Of a stretch of 24,389 nt of DNA, positions 23,731-24,389 are shown piece after piece. This DNA comes from Candidatus Nanopusillus sp. (GTDB lineage: Archaea; Nanobdellota; Nanobdellia; Nanobdellales; Nanobdellaceae): the NCBI GenBank assembly GCA_046536775.1, contig JAWDMD010000005.1, positions 1-24,389 of the forward strand, read 5' to 3'. The notes below the pieces were generated by a model. The model worked only from the letters and a program-made list of their open reading frames with translations. It made no database searches and was not told the origin of the DNA. The stretch's first letter is position 1; each line of letters begins with the position of its first letter. The position numbers and the translations under genes are program-made.

Positions 23731-24389
23731 CTATCTACTCATCTTTTCTAATTTTTTCTTAACATTAATAAGAATCCACTTATAATATGTACTTTCATGT
23801 GAAAAATAATCACACCATGCTCCTATTTTTCCTATATTATCTTTAATGCAGAATAATCTATATGCAAGAATCGTCGATAAATGACTTGATTTATCAAATT
23901 TTTTTATTTCTTCAATAGCATCTAATATTTTTGTAATTAATTTTCTTTTCCTTCCATATTTTTTAACTATATGGTCCAAAAGTTTTATCAGATAATCCAA
24001 AGTTAAACTATATTTACTTATTATGCCTTTATATATTTCTTCCAATATTTTAGAATTGGTTATAACTTCATAAGGGTCTCTTTTAGCTAATTCGTTTTCT
24101 AAATATTCTAAATCTTTTTCAGACTTTATCAATTTATATAATCTAAAAGAAACAAATTGAGGATAATATTTTAGTATATTTGGGTATTTTGTAAACAAAT
24201 CTCTTCCCATTAAATTTATAACATTATATAATTTATCATAATCTTCGGATTTAATTTTTTTATTACTTGTATGAATTATTATATATCTAACAATTCTTCC
24301 TCCTTTATTTATTAGTTGATTAAATATTTCTAATTTTATTTCTTGATCTATTTTTTCATTAAAATATATATTTTCAAAGTACTTTGTTA
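23731..24389 (-). CDS. Hypothetical protein, 5'-truncated by the window edge (at least 219 aa)
   Basis: The track ORF starts at Met 24210, but the same frame is open for all 59 upstream codons to the window end. Those codons read TKYFENIYFNEKIDQEIKLEIFNQLINKGGRIVRYIIIHTSNKKIKSEDYDKLYNVINL-MGRDLF... The gene therefore very likely begins beyond 24389. No family was recognised. Confidence 0.5.
   Translation of the reverse strand, partial: TKYFENIYFNEKIDQEIKLEIFNQLINKGGRIVRYIIIHTSNKKIKSEDYDKLYNVINLMGRDLFTKYPNILKYYPQFVSFRLYKLIKSEKDLEYLENELAKRDPYEVITNSKILEEIYKGIISKYSLTLDYLIKLLDHIVKKYGRKRKLITKILDAIEEIKKFDKSSHLSTILAYRLFCIKDNIGKIGAWCDYFSHESTYYKWILINVKKKLEKMSR

Noticed and set aside
1-24389. Scan of both strands for CRISPR arrays, IS, transposase or integrase genes, rRNA fragments, additional C/D boxes (UGAUGA...CUGA pairs in other spacers: 839-914, 17504-17564, 18129-18282, 18871-19045, 21239-21600, 23469-23730) and tRNA introns.
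   Set aside because: No regularly spaced repeats and no recombinase motifs were found. Other UGAUGA occurrences (for example 17526-17531 and 6733-6738) lack a correctly spaced CUGA and a second box pair. Both tRNAs fold without introns.

Overview
This is a tightly packed, extremely AT-rich archaeal chromosome segment. Sample 60-nt lines in core genes hold only 8-12 G+C, and the RNA genes stand out as GC-rich patches. The archaeal assignment rests on a 221-aa archaeal-type TIM, an archaeal-type LeuRS, ribosomal protein S3Ae, a bifunctional PGI/PMI and a box C/D sRNA. A small-genome (DPANN/nanoarchaeon-like) thermophile is plausible, but that is only inference.

Housekeeping content:
- tpiA, a P2-type cation ATPase, a processive GT2 synthase and RNase Z.
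- tRNA-Gly(GCC), leuS, S3Ae and an RlmI-like PUA methyltransferase.
- An ATPase-less membrane-anchored Lon-like protease, tRNA-Ser(GCU), a ThiS/MoaD/SAMP-like GG protein and PGI/PMI.

Features the ORF track does not explain:
1. A canonical box C/D sRNA on the minus strand at 5513-5575. It is antisense to the stop-codon region of the ATPase gene.
2. Two ORFs (14876-15355 and 15472-15750) that are halves of one PD-(D/E)XK nuclease-like gene. They are split by a 1-nt frame change at an A6 run, immediately downstream of tRNA-Ser.
3. Partial ORFs running off both window edges.

Accessory content:
- A HEPN-MNT pair plus a DUF4143-type AAA ATPase at 0.2-2.2 kb.
- A sharply bounded, roughly 3.7 kb GC-rich island at about 17.56-21.24 kb (38-45% G+C in sampled lines against 13-20% outside). 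It carries an isochorismatase-family protein with Gly in place of the catalytic Cys, a GNAT, and a DrrAB-like ABC-2 exporter with a small coupled ORF.
- An uncharacterised cluster at 21.6-24.4 kb: a helical 276-aa protein, a 326-aa HExxH protein and a convergent gene of at least 219 aa. This is the best candidate for an undescribed system.
- An FG/Q/N-rich low-complexity protein that carries a perfect 42-bp internal repeat.

I saw no CRISPR array, transposase or integrase. All family calls are by-eye motif recognition and no searches were run.
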